A DNA stretch of 39,921 bases from a virus (IMGVR_UViG_3300037313_000660:1-39921); one strand, 5' to 3'. Positions 25,600 to 35,296 are shown, counted from the stretch's first letter. The notes: a model not told the origin generated them from the sequence alone. Made by a program: numbers and translations.

Positions 25600-26334
25600 T
25601 TAAATAGTCAATTCATTGCTCGCAATAACAAATATTTTATCTAAGAATTCGTTTCTTTCGGCTACATCTAACCAGCTTTCATTTGGCTTTTTCTTATACT
25701 TCTTTATTTGAATGTGGTAGCGATAGTATAGCCGGTCATATATTAGGTTCCATACTTCCTGATTATGTTTAAGTTTCGCCCTACAGTAAACATTAACCAG
25801 TTTTCTAATTTTTGCCCTTAATGTTTCTTCTGGCATTCTTTCCTCCGATCTCTCCACATAGTCAATTTCGATCGTAGCATCTTTTTGAATTTTAAGGATT
25901 TCTCCTACTTGGCTTTCAACTGTTGCTAATCTTTCCTCTTGAGCAACTAACGCTTGTGCCATTTGTAATACCATGTGAGCCTGAGAAACTGGTTTTATTT
26001 CTACTTTTCCATTCTTGAGCAATTCTGCTATTCTATCATTACACCAAATCGAAAACTTAATATTGCATCTCCTGGCATATTCGATTGTTAGTTCTTGATG
26101 TATCCAAGTACCCTGATTATTACCACCTTGTATAGCGTACCGAAGATATTCGGAACGGATTCCTTTCTCCTCTTTTATTGCATTTTCATACTCTTTCCAG
26201 GTTTTGGTTTTTAATATATCATCTGGATCTTTACCAAATGCCTTAGCCATCAAGGTAGCATTTGCCATAATCTGTCCATTCACTTCCTCGAACTGAATTG
26301 GACTACCATTATATTGAAATATTTGTATACTCAT
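25600..26334 (-). CDS. KilA-N domain antirepressor-like protein
   Basis: F.YNG..I.F...NG..M.NAT.MAKAFGK...GTWIH..L..EYAR....KFSIWCNDRI, followed by a coiled coil. Confidence 0.9.
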   Translation of the reverse strand: MSIQIFQYNGSPIQFEEVNGQIMANATLMAKAFGKDPDDILKTKTWKEYENAIKEEKGIRSEYLRYAIQGGNNQGTWIHQELTIEYARRCNIKFSIWCNDRIAELLKNGKVEIKPVSQAHMVLQMAQALVAQEERLATVESQVGEILKIQKDATIEIDYVERSEERMPEETLRAKIRKLVNVYCRAKLKHNQEVWNLIYDRLYYRYHIQIKKYKKKPNESWLDVAERNEFLDKIFVIASNELTI

Positions 26335-26418
26335 GCTTATATATTGTATCGGTTACAGTATTATTGATTAAAATTACCTACTTAATCAAGAGGTATCGTT
26401 GGATTGTGCTATGCAATT

Positions 26419-26601
26419 TCATTTAGCGGCCCCTGGTTGCTGTAAATTGTTTTGCTTGCAATCCCCTAATTCCTTTTTGAGGTTAACTATTTCCCGTAAT
26501 TGATTTATATTCTCGGTTCTGAGATGAAAGTTTTCTTTCATTAGCTGCATAAATCCATCCTCGTTGAATTTAATTGGCTTCTTATAGTCTGGAGCATTCA
26601 T
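26419..26601 (-). CDS. Small coiled-coil protein (likely start MNAPDY at 26601)
   Basis: ATGA overlap with the upstream gene. Confidence 0.55.
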   Translation of the reverse strand: MNAPDYKKPIKFNEDGFMQLMKENFHLRTENINQLREIVNLKKELGDCKQNNLQQPGAAK

Positions 26602-26903
26602 TTGGCACCTCCCATAGTAACAGTTAAACACATCCTACTTAAATTGTCAGGGGGACATCTCCTGCTTTCTAATTCTTGAATGTATAGATCTTGATAATGG
26701 GAAATTTCCTTGTGAAGTGAGATTACTGATTCTCGTAGGCGAATAATTTCCAATGCCATACTATCAAAGTTTCTTTGGGTAAACTCCATAGTAAATTTAA
26801 TTGGCTTATCCAGTCTAATTGGCGGAACTCCTTTAAAGTTGTCTTTTTGGGGAGAAACAGGCGTAGGTTTGCCTATTTCATGGGAAATAGCTAAATTTGT
26901 CAT
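26598..26903 (-). CDS. Coiled-coil hypothetical protein
   Basis: 101 aa, first gene downstream of a consensus promoter. Confidence 0.6.
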   Translation of the reverse strand: MTNLAISHEIGKPTPVSPQKDNFKGVPPIRLDKPIKFTMEFTQRNFDSMALEIIRLRESVISLHKEISHYQDLYIQELESRRCPPDNLSRMCLTVTMGGAK

Positions 26904-26938
26904 AAATGTTAGATTTTGAAGAGTTTGACATTTTACTG

Positions 26939-26973
26939 GCCCTAAGGAATTCGTAGTTCTTTAGGGCTTTTTT
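26939..26973 (+). terminator. Terminator-like hairpin
   Basis: GCCCTAAGGAAT-tcgta-GTTCTTTAGGGC followed by TTTTTT on the plus strand. Confidence 0.6.
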
Positions 26974-26985
26974 ATTTTATTAAGA

Positions 26986-27017
26986 CAAATATATGGTTAG
27001 TATGTAGTAACTACAAA
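26986..27017 (-). promoter_or_regulatory. Consensus Bacteroidota housekeeping promoter
   Basis: Minus-strand TTTG (27014-17)-N20-TATATTTG (26986-93). Confidence 0.75.
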
Positions 27018-27081
27018 CTTTTTTTAATATTTTTTTTATTAGTTAATAACTTGTAACTTTACAACTAGTAACTAGTATATA

Positions 27082-27309
27082 ATGCCAAAGGATTACGAAA
27101 TATCAGATACAAGGAATTTAGTAAAGGTGTCTACATTTGCCAGAATATATAAAGGAGGGGTTAGTACCGTTTACGTGTATAAATTAAGAGCGCAAGGAAA
27201 AATTGATTTCGTTACTCTTGACGAAGTGCATTTTATTGACTTGTCTAAATTAGATCCAGAAATAAAAAAGGATGTTGATTTTCCAGACAAAAAGAATCTT
27301 AAAAAATAA
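27082..27309 (+). CDS. Small winged-HTH DNA-binding protein
   Basis: VSTFAR...GVSTVYVYKL...GKIDFV.LD..HFID pattern. Confidence 0.65.
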   Translation: MPKDYEISDTRNLVKVSTFARIYKGGVSTVYVYKLRAQGKIDFVTLDEVHFIDLSKLDPEIKKDVDFPDKKNLKK

Positions 27310-27317
27310 CATTTCTT

Positions 27318-27947
27318 ATGAAAAGGATTATATTGATTTTATGTATGATTCCATTTATGTCTTTAGGACAAACAAGAATTGGTTTAAAAGTAGGATATGG
27401 AATTTCTAATTTTACCAAGAATCCTGATCATATAAATAGATTAGCTCCTTCAATTGGATTTATTGGGAATTTTCCTATTTCAAAATCTATCTCTATTCAG
27501 TCCGAGATAATTTATACTTTAAAGGGTGCTGGAAATTATATAAATGATCAGGCTAGATATGGAGGTTATGGAGCTGCCGACACTGTTTTAACCAGGCCAG
27601 CAGGAATTCATAGATATGATTATGAATTAAACTTCCTTGAAATTCCGTTATTATTCAAATATAACAACAAAGGATTTTACGCTAATGCAGGAATTTCTTT
27701 ATCATTCTTAATTTTCGGTAAAAAGAAATATGATTGGTATTTCGATTCAAAAGGAAAGGTATATGAAAAATTAGACAATTTGACTGGGGTTGATATTCCG
27801 TTTATTGTCTCAATAGGGTATGAGTGGAAAATAAAAAAAGAAAGATTATTTATTGAAGCACGATTCACAAAAGGAAACATAAATGTATTTACTGACTCCA
27901 ATTATAAATTAAATAATCTTTCTCTTATCGCAGGATTTTATTTTTAA
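27318..27947 (+). CDS. Outer-membrane beta-barrel protein (PorT-like/OMP_b-brl_2)
   Basis: Signal peptide, IGLKVG, SIQSEIIY..KG, LNFLEIPLLFKY and C-terminal GFYF beta-signal. Confidence 0.85.
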   Translation: MKRIILILCMIPFMSLGQTRIGLKVGYGISNFTKNPDHINRLAPSIGFIGNFPISKSISIQSEIIYTLKGAGNYINDQARYGGYGAADTVLTRPAGIHRYDYELNFLEIPLLFKYNNKGFYANAGISLSFLIFGKKKYDWYFDSKGKVYEKLDNLTGVDIPFIVSIGYEWKIKKERLFIEARFTKGNINVFTDSNYKLNNLSLIAGFYF

Positions 27948-30151
27948 CAGTTGCCTATACTAAAATCATTATTGAAGTCTTCATTAAAGTTTCCTGGTAT
28001 ACACTGACCTCTTAGAAGTTTAAATGTACCCATCCATCCATCAGATGTTAATCCGTATTTTAAACTTTTTATAAATCCAATGTACTGACCTGTACTACTA
28101 CAACCAACCTGGATAGCCTTTTCAGAATTATCAAGAATGTTTAAAAACTGGTCAAATGTTAATGGATATGTAAATTCTAAATATTCAGGAATGAACAAAA
28201 TATTTGCATCTTCTCCTGTTATGTCAGAAGCTAAAAGGTTTTGATTTTGTAAAACCGATCCAATAGAAATACAACCATTATCTAAAGTGTCTCCTTCCTG
28301 ATAATTGCCGTCTCCTGAAACAAACTTAATTGGAGTGGTTGGTGATTTCCAAACCGATGCACCAATGTATTTATACCATCTTACTGCATTTCTAAAAGGT
28401 GAAATTCTATAGTTATAATTTGTGGCAGCGTCTAATACGTTAGTAATAGAATTGAAATTTTCATTTCTTTCTGATATGGTTCCTGCTGGATAAGTTGTAC
28501 TAACTGGAGGAGTGGTATAATCGCTTGATGTTACGGGCTCAATGTTAGTACATATTACGAATAGATCATTATCTGTTTCAAAGTCATTTGTAGGCAAAGA
28601 ATTAAATTGAAGCCTCCTGGTTTGCTCAATTACATACCCTGAAGCTATGAACTTGGATAGATTCTGGTATGTTTTATCTGCTTTTTTGACCGGAACATTG
28701 TATGTCCTGGTGCTATTAAACTCATCAATCGCATTCTTTCCAGAAATATTTAAATTCCATTTATCATAGCCTATTTTGAAATTATTATAGATTAAATCTA
28801 TAGCAGGAGATCTTTTAAGATCAGAAACAGATAAGGCCGTATAAATTGTTTTTGCTTTATAAAAATATTCCTTAGGTTCTACTCTGATATATTCTTTTCC
28901 AGAATCATCTTTTTCCATCCTCATACCTAGATTCCATATTGCGTCTGCTGCCTGAAACACTTGGTTAAATGAGGCTGTAATTGGATAATACTCTGCATTT
29001 TTATCTAGCATTTTACGAATATTCAATCCATTGGTAATAGCTACCCATGCCCCACATCCGTTTTGGTCATATTGATGAGGCGAAGAATTTGTTCTTCCAA
29101 AAAAATCAGATCTGAATGAGTCTTGAATTCCTGTTATTGATTCAGCAATCTTTGCAAATACCTCATGAATTAAAAATGCTTTTGTTGTAGATGGATTAAA
29201 ACTTGAAACATCCTGAATGGTTAAATTACTTAGCGACGAATCAAAACTCCAATCTGCACTATATGAATTTAATGGAGCATAAACACTATTAGCATAATAA
29301 TCAAAGAACTCAAATACCATTGAAGACATTGGAGCAATAGTAACTGTCTGATCAATTGTAAAATCGTATGTTACTGGACTAGAACCTCCATTATAAGGAG
29401 CAGTATATAAAAGTGTTGTTCCTGCAAACACTTGAAATCCACCGGCATAAGTGTATGTTGTTGGGCCAGCATTACTAATAGCTAATGAATGGTGAGATAC
29501 AACTATTCTGCCTGTAATGTGAATTGTTCTAGTCTGAGAGGTGTTATTTTGGATTAACGCTACCAAAGGTTGGTAAGATGACATTTCCGTTATGTCTGAA
29601 ATATCCGTTCCTATAATTGTGAATGGCGGATTAAATGGAGCTGGATCAGTTAGGTTAAATGTCTTGATAGGATCATTAACCAACATATTCGCCACATATA
29701 ATATGGATTTTCCGTGTAGGTGGAGATCAAAAGGAACAATTGATGACATTGTATTTCCATCAATTGAAATATTTGAATTAAGATTAACAGGTGTATCTAA
29801 TCTATTTTTTGCAGTCCTTTGGAAATCAGAATAGTCAATTTTTATACTTACCTCATTGTTAACTACAGAATAGGAATAACAATTAAGTATCCCACTAAAG
29901 AAAACAGTATAAGTATCTCCTCCATCGCAGGAATAGTTAATTACAAAATTCAATTGGGCATCTATTCCATACGTTTCATAAGCCTCACTAATTATATCTG
30001 CTCCAGTTCCCCAGAATTTAATATTATCAGAAATAACATTCTCTAGTCCATGATAATTATCACTTCTTTGAAGGGTAAGCTCTACTGCATCCCATCCAAT
30101 AGGCTCATCTATTTCTGTGCCATTAATAGTAAACTTCCAAATGGTTTGCAT
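27944..30151 (-). CDS. Large tail/baseplate protein
   Basis: 735 aa immediately after the tape measure gene; N-terminal EPIGWD, C-terminal FNEDFNNDF. Confidence 0.7.
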   Translation of the reverse strand: MQTIWKFTINGTEIDEPIGWDAVELTLQRSDNYHGLENVISDNIKFWGTGADIISEAYETYGIDAQLNFVINYSCDGGDTYTVFFSGILNCYSYSVVNNEVSIKIDYSDFQRTAKNRLDTPVNLNSNISIDGNTMSSIVPFDLHLHGKSILYVANMLVNDPIKTFNLTDPAPFNPPFTIIGTDISDITEMSSYQPLVALIQNNTSQTRTIHITGRIVVSHHSLAISNAGPTTYTYAGGFQVFAGTTLLYTAPYNGGSSPVTYDFTIDQTVTIAPMSSMVFEFFDYYANSVYAPLNSYSADWSFDSSLSNLTIQDVSSFNPSTTKAFLIHEVFAKIAESITGIQDSFRSDFFGRTNSSPHQYDQNGCGAWVAITNGLNIRKMLDKNAEYYPITASFNQVFQAADAIWNLGMRMEKDDSGKEYIRVEPKEYFYKAKTIYTALSVSDLKRSPAIDLIYNNFKIGYDKWNLNISGKNAIDEFNSTRTYNVPVKKADKTYQNLSKFIASGYVIEQTRRLQFNSLPTNDFETDNDLFVICTNIEPVTSSDYTTPPVSTTYPAGTISERNENFNSITNVLDAATNYNYRISPFRNAVRWYKYIGASVWKSPTTPIKFVSGDGNYQEGDTLDNGCISIGSVLQNQNLLASDITGEDANILFIPEYLEFTYPLTFDQFLNILDNSEKAIQVGCSSTGQYIGFIKSLKYGLTSDGWMGTFKLLRGQCIPGNFNEDFNNDFSIGNC

Positions 30152-32724
30152 TATTTGAAATAATAGTTATTCTCTAATTGGGTTTTTGATGTTTCGGATT
30201 TAACATAAGTTGAAAATCCTTTTGCATCCATATTCACCTGAAGAACCTGTAGCTTATCAAGCTTTTTACCTAATGATCGTATTTCTGATTTCAATCCTGA
30301 AGTATCTGGTTGACTAGAAGCTGGTATCATTTTACCCATTCGATCATAATCCATTACTATTGAATTAATGAGTCCTGATGGGATTCTTTCATCGAACATA
30401 GCTTCAAATGCAGGTCTATATTTTGCCATTTTTTCTACTGGCATAATTCCTTCTCCTGGTCTAAGCATAGCCACAATAGAGTCTCCACCAGTGTCTACTC
30501 CTGGAACTGATTTAGTACCTTTATTAAATTTTGGAAGTGGCTTAGCAGCAATTGCTCCCGCTTGTAATGCACCTGTAGCTATTGCCAAAGCAACCCCTGC
30601 GATACCTGGAATATTTGGAGGAACTGGAGGCCCTAATGTGGCGATTGATTTAACTATTGCCTGAGCAGTGTTGATAGCTATGTTAAATAAAGCCTGTTCT
30701 TTATCAAGTTGGGCAGCTTTCTTTTTTAATTCAGCTTCTTGTTTGGCGTACTTAGCATTAATTACTGCTTGAGCTTGTTTATTATCACCTACAGCAGCTA
30801 ATTCTTTTTGTTGTTTATTTTGAAGGTCTGTTAAATCTTGAGCATTTACATCTTTTTGATATTGGAATACATCATTTATAAGTCCTATGACAAATTGTGA
30901 AGCCTCTTGATTTACTTGCTTCCATTTCTGGGCTGTTTCTTTGTCTGTTTTTTCCTTTTCCTTACTTGCTTCCTCGTACTGTTTTACCTGAAGATCAAGA
31001 ATCTGCTTATCGATCTCTGTTACATCTTTTCCGTTTTGTATATAGAAATCACGGAGTTCATTAAGTCCGTTTAATTGAATCTGAGCAAGATCTTTTTGAT
31101 ATTGTTTAGCATCTACTTTCCCGTCTATGTAATATTGCTTTTCCTGGTTCTCAAGGTCTGTATAGCCAGCCTTGATTGAATCAGAAATATTTTTAAAATT
31201 CTTTTCCCTATCCTCATCAGCTTTTTTATCTGCATCTGATTTAGCTTTATCAGCATCAAGCCTTTGTTTAACTAATATATCTTCAATTGACTTATTAATA
31301 TCAGTTATATCTTTGCCGTTCTTTATTAAAAAGGCCCTTTCCTTCTTTAGTCCTTCTAATTGAATATTAAATAGGTTATCCTGTAATTCCTTTTCGCTAA
31401 TCTCTCGATCTATATAGCGTTGCTTTTCAATATTTTCTTCTTCAACTACCTTTCTTTTAATGCCCGCAAGTTGTTTCTGTATAGAAGCTTCTATTAACGC
31501 ATCTCTCCTGTTTTGTAATCGCTCTTGTAGATCTCCAGACTCTTGCTGTAGTTTAAATATTTTAGCAATCGCATCCGCTTCCTTCTTAGCATCGTCATCC
31601 ATCAACTGGCCTTTTTGCTCTAAAGCCTCTCCAGTCTTAAGGATATTTTTTAATTCTTCTTCAGCTTGTTTCTGACTTAATTCAGTACCATCTCTTTTTA
31701 GTTGGTTTTCCTTTAATATTGCAATAGCCGTTCTTTCGGCAAGTTCCAATGAAGTCCTTAATAATGCTGTCTCTTTCTGGCTAGCTTCGTCAATTAACGA
31801 GATTCTTTCCTTCTCTGATAAAGTTCTATTTTTAGCCTGGATGATTAATTGGCTGATTTCTTTTTGACTCTTAGCTAATTGAATTGAAAAGGCTCTTTCT
31901 GCGTCACTAATAGCATCAAATTCTAAGGCTAATTCATACGCTTGCTTGGCTGCTTTACTAATTTCTTCGCCATAGGCAATTAGTTTATCAGTACCATCCG
32001 TAATACCTAATGTCATTTGAATCTGAGCGTCAGTAGCCTTCTTCATAGCTTCTGTAAACTTGCCTTCAAATAATAATCCTATGGCTTCACCCAGGACTAA
32101 GATAGATTTAAACCTATTTAAAACATTTTGAACAATTAGGTTTCCTAGATCTGCTAATGCCTCTTTAAAGTTTTCAACAGATGAAACAGCCTTAGATAGA
32201 TAAGATCCAAAAGTAAGCACTGCGTCAACTAGCTTTGTAAATATTGCACCCAAAGCACCCATTGCACCCTGCAACTTAGTTGCACCTTCGTCAGTCTTAA
32301 AAAAATATGCCGATAAAGTAGTTAGTGCAATAACTAAGGCCCCAATTCCAGTTGCAGCAATAGCTGTTTTTAGTATTCCAAAAGAAGAACTTAACGCACC
32401 TACTCCAGAAGATGCTTTCTGTGCCGCTCCTGTCCATTCAGCTATCTCTTGTACAGCGAACGCTCCAGGTATTTGAGAAGATAAACCCTTAACCTTACCA
32501 ATAAGACCGTCAAAAGCTTTGGATGACTCGCCAACTGCTTTTTGTGACTTATTAGACTCGTCTTGTAATGTCTTTCCTGTTTGTTTTGCTTGATTGTCTA
32601 CCTCTTTTAGCTGGGTGACTAACTTTTGCTCTGACTGCGCTAGTTTTTGAAATCCCTGATCAACTTGTGATAGGTCTACTTCTCCAACTAAACGGATTTT
32701 TATGTTTTGGATGTCCTCTGACAT
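30151..32724 (-). CDS. Tape measure protein
   Basis: 857 aa, A/K/E/Q-rich helical; LKTAIAATGIGALVIAL and C-terminal KFNKG....G....DS..AML.PGE.I motifs. Confidence 0.88.
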   Translation of the reverse strand: MSEDIQNIKIRLVGEVDLSQVDQGFQKLAQSEQKLVTQLKEVDNQAKQTGKTLQDESNKSQKAVGESSKAFDGLIGKVKGLSSQIPGAFAVQEIAEWTGAAQKASSGVGALSSSFGILKTAIAATGIGALVIALTTLSAYFFKTDEGATKLQGAMGALGAIFTKLVDAVLTFGSYLSKAVSSVENFKEALADLGNLIVQNVLNRFKSILVLGEAIGLLFEGKFTEAMKKATDAQIQMTLGITDGTDKLIAYGEEISKAAKQAYELALEFDAISDAERAFSIQLAKSQKEISQLIIQAKNRTLSEKERISLIDEASQKETALLRTSLELAERTAIAILKENQLKRDGTELSQKQAEEELKNILKTGEALEQKGQLMDDDAKKEADAIAKIFKLQQESGDLQERLQNRRDALIEASIQKQLAGIKRKVVEEENIEKQRYIDREISEKELQDNLFNIQLEGLKKERAFLIKNGKDITDINKSIEDILVKQRLDADKAKSDADKKADEDREKNFKNISDSIKAGYTDLENQEKQYYIDGKVDAKQYQKDLAQIQLNGLNELRDFYIQNGKDVTEIDKQILDLQVKQYEEASKEKEKTDKETAQKWKQVNQEASQFVIGLINDVFQYQKDVNAQDLTDLQNKQQKELAAVGDNKQAQAVINAKYAKQEAELKKKAAQLDKEQALFNIAINTAQAIVKSIATLGPPVPPNIPGIAGVALAIATGALQAGAIAAKPLPKFNKGTKSVPGVDTGGDSIVAMLRPGEGIMPVEKMAKYRPAFEAMFDERIPSGLINSIVMDYDRMGKMIPASSQPDTSGLKSEIRSLGKKLDKLQVLQVNMDAKGFSTYVKSETSKTQLENNYYFK

Positions 32725-32769
32725 GATGCAATACTGTTAGAGGTCGTATTCAGTATTGCCTTGTGGGCC

Positions 32770-33057
32770 TTATTTATTATCATCTTTGATAATTTTTGTT
32801 GCTTGATCAATATATTGGAAATAGTCATATATTGTCATTTTACATAATTGGTCGTAAGTAATACCTCCAATTCCTTTATTCGCAATTCTAAGGTTGAAAC
32901 TAACTCTTTGTTCTTCGATTTTCCTGACAACCTCAACAAATGATCTTTTAGGATTTGGCAATCTCTTATTAGCTGGCCTTTTGTGTACTCCTTGATACCT
33001 ATGTCCAATCCATTGAAAGAGGGCAGATAATCGTCGAACGGAATCTTCAAAAAAAAA
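32770..33057 (-). CDS. -1 frameshift extension (gpT-like) of the tail assembly chaperone
   Basis: The -1 frame is open from the T9 run (33049-33057) to the stop at 32770 and includes the tracked ORF 32770..32961. Confidence 0.7.
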   Translation of the reverse strand, partial: FFFEDSVRRLSALFQWIGHRYQGVHKRPANKRLPNPKRSFVEVVRKIEEQRVSFNLRIANKGIGGITYDQLCKMTIYDYFQYIDQATKIIKDDNK

Positions 33058-33485
33058 GCCTCTATGTCATTTTCTTGCTTCCATTTTAGGATTTTTCTTT
33101 CATTGAATTCCCTATCGTAATAATATGGATTCTCATCAGGAGCAATAAAATAAACCGATGCCAGCTTATAAACTATTTCAACATTGGTTATATTATTCAT
33201 TCGGTCTAAAGCATTGTGACATACTACTGCTGCCCTATCATTATAACCTTGGCGTAAATATTCTAATACTGTATTGTAAGATATTTTATGGTATTCTGCA
33301 TCTGTCTTTTCTTCAAGCTCTACATAAATATCTAAAGCAGCCATAGCCCTCATATAAGGGATTTTTTGTTCGTTCACAAAACAGCGATACACAACTCCTC
33401 CACTTTCAAAGGCTTCGACTGTTTCATGTTCTGGCTTAATATGAAACTTAGTTGGATAGAATATTTTCTTAAGCCATTTAATCAT
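32835..33485 (-). CDS. Tail assembly chaperone (gpG-like)
   Basis: Directly upstream of the tape measure gene; contains the slippery sequence GCT TTT TTT TTG. Confidence 0.7.
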   Translation of the reverse strand: MIKWLKKIFYPTKFHIKPEHETVEAFESGGVVYRCFVNEQKIPYMRAMAALDIYVELEEKTDAEYHKISYNTVLEYLRQGYNDRAAVVCHNALDRMNNITNVEIVYKLASVYFIAPDENPYYYDREFNERKILKWKQENDIEAFFLKIPFDDYLPSFNGLDIGIKEYTKGQLIRDCQILKDHLLRLSGKSKNKELVSTLELRIKELEVLLTTNYVK

Positions 33486-33667
33486 ATAGTTCTAAAAACA
33501 AAGAACGGTTTAATTACACCAGGAATAAAAATCAATTGAACAAACTGGACTTTGTTATCAATTTCATACTTATCAACCCATGCCCAGAATTTATCATCTT
33601 TTTGAATGTCATCAATAAAGATGTCTTTTAATTCGTTCGGTATTCCTATTCTAGTGTATGTTGTCAT
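33482..33667 (-). CDS. Hypothetical protein
   Basis: 61 aa with 4-nt overlaps on both sides. Confidence 0.6.
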   Translation of the reverse strand: MTTYTRIGIPNELKDIFIDDIQKDDKFWAWVDKYEIDNKVQFVQLIFIPGVIKPFFVFRTI

Positions 33668-34095
33668 TTCTTTATCTTATTAATCACTTCAATCCAAAAG
33701 TAATTCATGCCCATACCTAAAAACAATCCTATTAAAGTTGGTATCGAATACTGGTTTAGGCTTGACACTACTAAATAAAGTACAATAAATATCCATGTTC
33801 CAAAGCAAAAAACGCATCCGCCTAAGATCTTCCATAGCCATTGGTATTTATTTTTATGAAAATAAGACCAGGCGTATAGAGTTTCGGTTGTTCTACCGCT
33901 AATCATTATTTCTTTATTAGGCAACCACAACCAATAGGTTATCCAGTTGTAATACCTCCTGAAGATCATTCCCTTCTCCATACACTTCACCAGAAAGGTC
34001 GATAATGCCGCTGTCATGAGGCTGAATAGTATTAAGCTGCATAAGCTCGTTAGATTCAGAATATCCACAAGCTCCACATGATTTTTTTCTACCAT
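33664..34095 (-). CDS. Membrane protein with CxxC (DUF1360-like)
   Basis: TM helices and LGGCVFCFGTW motif. Confidence 0.6.
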   Translation of the reverse strand: MVEKNHVELVDILNLTSLCSLILFSLMTAALSTFLVKCMEKGMIFRRYYNWITYWLWLPNKEIMISGRTTETLYAWSYFHKNKYQWLWKILGGCVFCFGTWIFIVLYLVVSSLNQYSIPTLIGLFLGMGMNYFWIEVINKIKK

Positions 34096-34116
34096 TATAA
34101 ATTTCCTGTCTAGTTT

Positions 34117-34608
34117 TTAGATATGTTTCCATGTTTTTCCTTTTTTTATACTGTAAATTGTATCCTTACAAACATTAAACTTTTTTGCTATCATATATCC
34201 ACTCAATCCATCTTTTAATAAAGCTTTAATATTTTCTACTTGATTGGATTTTAATTTAGCAGAATGTATCTTTTCGCCTTTAGCATTTAGACCATTAACA
34301 ACGGAGTGTCTTTTGTTTTCTAAGTCTGTAACCCACTCCAAATTATCTATTCTGTTATTTGCCTTATTTCCGTCTTTATGATTTACATAAAACTTATTAT
34401 CTGGATTTGGAATGAACACCTCTGATATTAATCTATGAACTAAAAACGATTTCTTTTTTCCATCGTCTGTATTTAAAGTTACTCTCAAATATCCCTTTTC
34501 AACTTCCTGTAAATTCATATATGTTTTCATATACTTACTCTTAATATTTCCATAATTAGAAATAAGGTATTTTGAAAAATTAGGCAATTCTCTATATTCT
34601 TCTATCAT
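34117..34608 (-). CDS. NUMOD4-HNH homing endonuclease
   Basis: Y.ISNYGNIKS, GYLRVTL, VHRL....FIPNP, VNHKDGNKANN..DNLEWVT..EN..H, and a C-terminal HTH. Confidence 0.92.
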   Translation of the reverse strand: MIEEYRELPNFSKYLISNYGNIKSKYMKTYMNLQEVEKGYLRVTLNTDDGKKKSFLVHRLISEVFIPNPDNKFYVNHKDGNKANNRIDNLEWVTDLENKRHSVVNGLNAKGEKIHSAKLKSNQVENIKALLKDGLSGYMIAKKFNVCKDTIYSIKKGKTWKHI

Positions 34609-34609
34609 A

Positions 34610-35029
34610 TCAATATTGTCCTACTGTGCCTTCTAAATAAGTTGGATCTAAAGTAAATGTGTCCATAACTGGAGTTATGTTCATTACCTCAAATCCCAAA
34701 GCATCATAATCAATAGATGATATAGTCCACTTTTTCTCTGAGTTGTTATTATCTAATAAGGTTAATTTAAACTGTCCTGCATACTCGTTTAATAACCCCG
34801 TTGGAAGATCTGCCGTAAGTGGATTTAAAGGATCTGAATTATCATCCTGCAATTGAACAGTTATCTTTCCTTGATCGTCTGCCGTCTTACTCACATAGTA
34901 AACTTTATTAAACTTATCCGTAATTCTTAAAGTCAGTGATGCAGAAACAATTGGTGTTTTTATTACCAACTGTTTCAAGCATGCTGGGACAGAATCACAG
35001 AGAATATAAATAGTTTTACAGCAAGTCAT
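34610..35029 (-). CDS. Hypothetical, likely structural protein
   Basis: 139-aa beta-rich ORF within the late operon. Confidence 0.6.
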   Translation of the reverse strand: MTCCKTIYILCDSVPACLKQLVIKTPIVSASLTLRITDKFNKVYYVSKTADDQGKITVQLQDDNSDPLNPLTADLPTGLLNEYAGQFKLTLLDNNNSEKKWTISSIDYDALGFEVMNITPVMDTFTLDPTYLEGTVGQY

Positions 35030-35171
35030 TTTTAGGTAATGTTAATTTCACATTGAATTTTTTTAGTGCCATTCTAGCTACCTGCCTAACACTCTTTCCT
35101 GCCTGAGTCATTTTAAATATCTCGGCTCTTAGTGCTTTTCGCTTTGCCTCGCTTAATTCTTCTAAAGCCAT
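35016..35171 (-). CDS. Small basic HTH-like protein (51 aa, not in the ORF track)
   Basis: MALEELSEAKRKALRAEIFKMTQAGKSVRQVARMALKKF...; overlaps both neighbours. Confidence 0.5.
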   Translation of the reverse strand: MALEELSEAKRKALRAEIFKMTQAGKSVRQVARMALKKFNVKLTLPKNDLL

Positions 35172-35296
35172 AAGTTCCAGATGAATTTAATGTATTGAAC
35201 TATCCAAAAAGCTAAAGAGACTAAAATTCCAATAAGTACAGCAACTGTTATTAGCCCCAAAACTACTTGAAATCCAACCTTTATTCGTTTAAACAT
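35162..35296 (-). CDS. Small membrane protein (44 aa, not in the ORF track)
   Basis: MFKRIKVGFQVVLGLITVAVLIGILVSLAFWIVQYIKFIWNLWL. Confidence 0.5.
   Translation of the reverse strand: MFKRIKVGFQVVLGLITVAVLIGILVSLAFWIVQYIKFIWNLWL

Noticed and set aside
34117-34608. HNH gene as part of a group I intron
   Set aside because: Flanking genes look complete and the intergenic gaps (1 nt and 21 nt) leave no room for intron core structure, so it is treated as free-standing.
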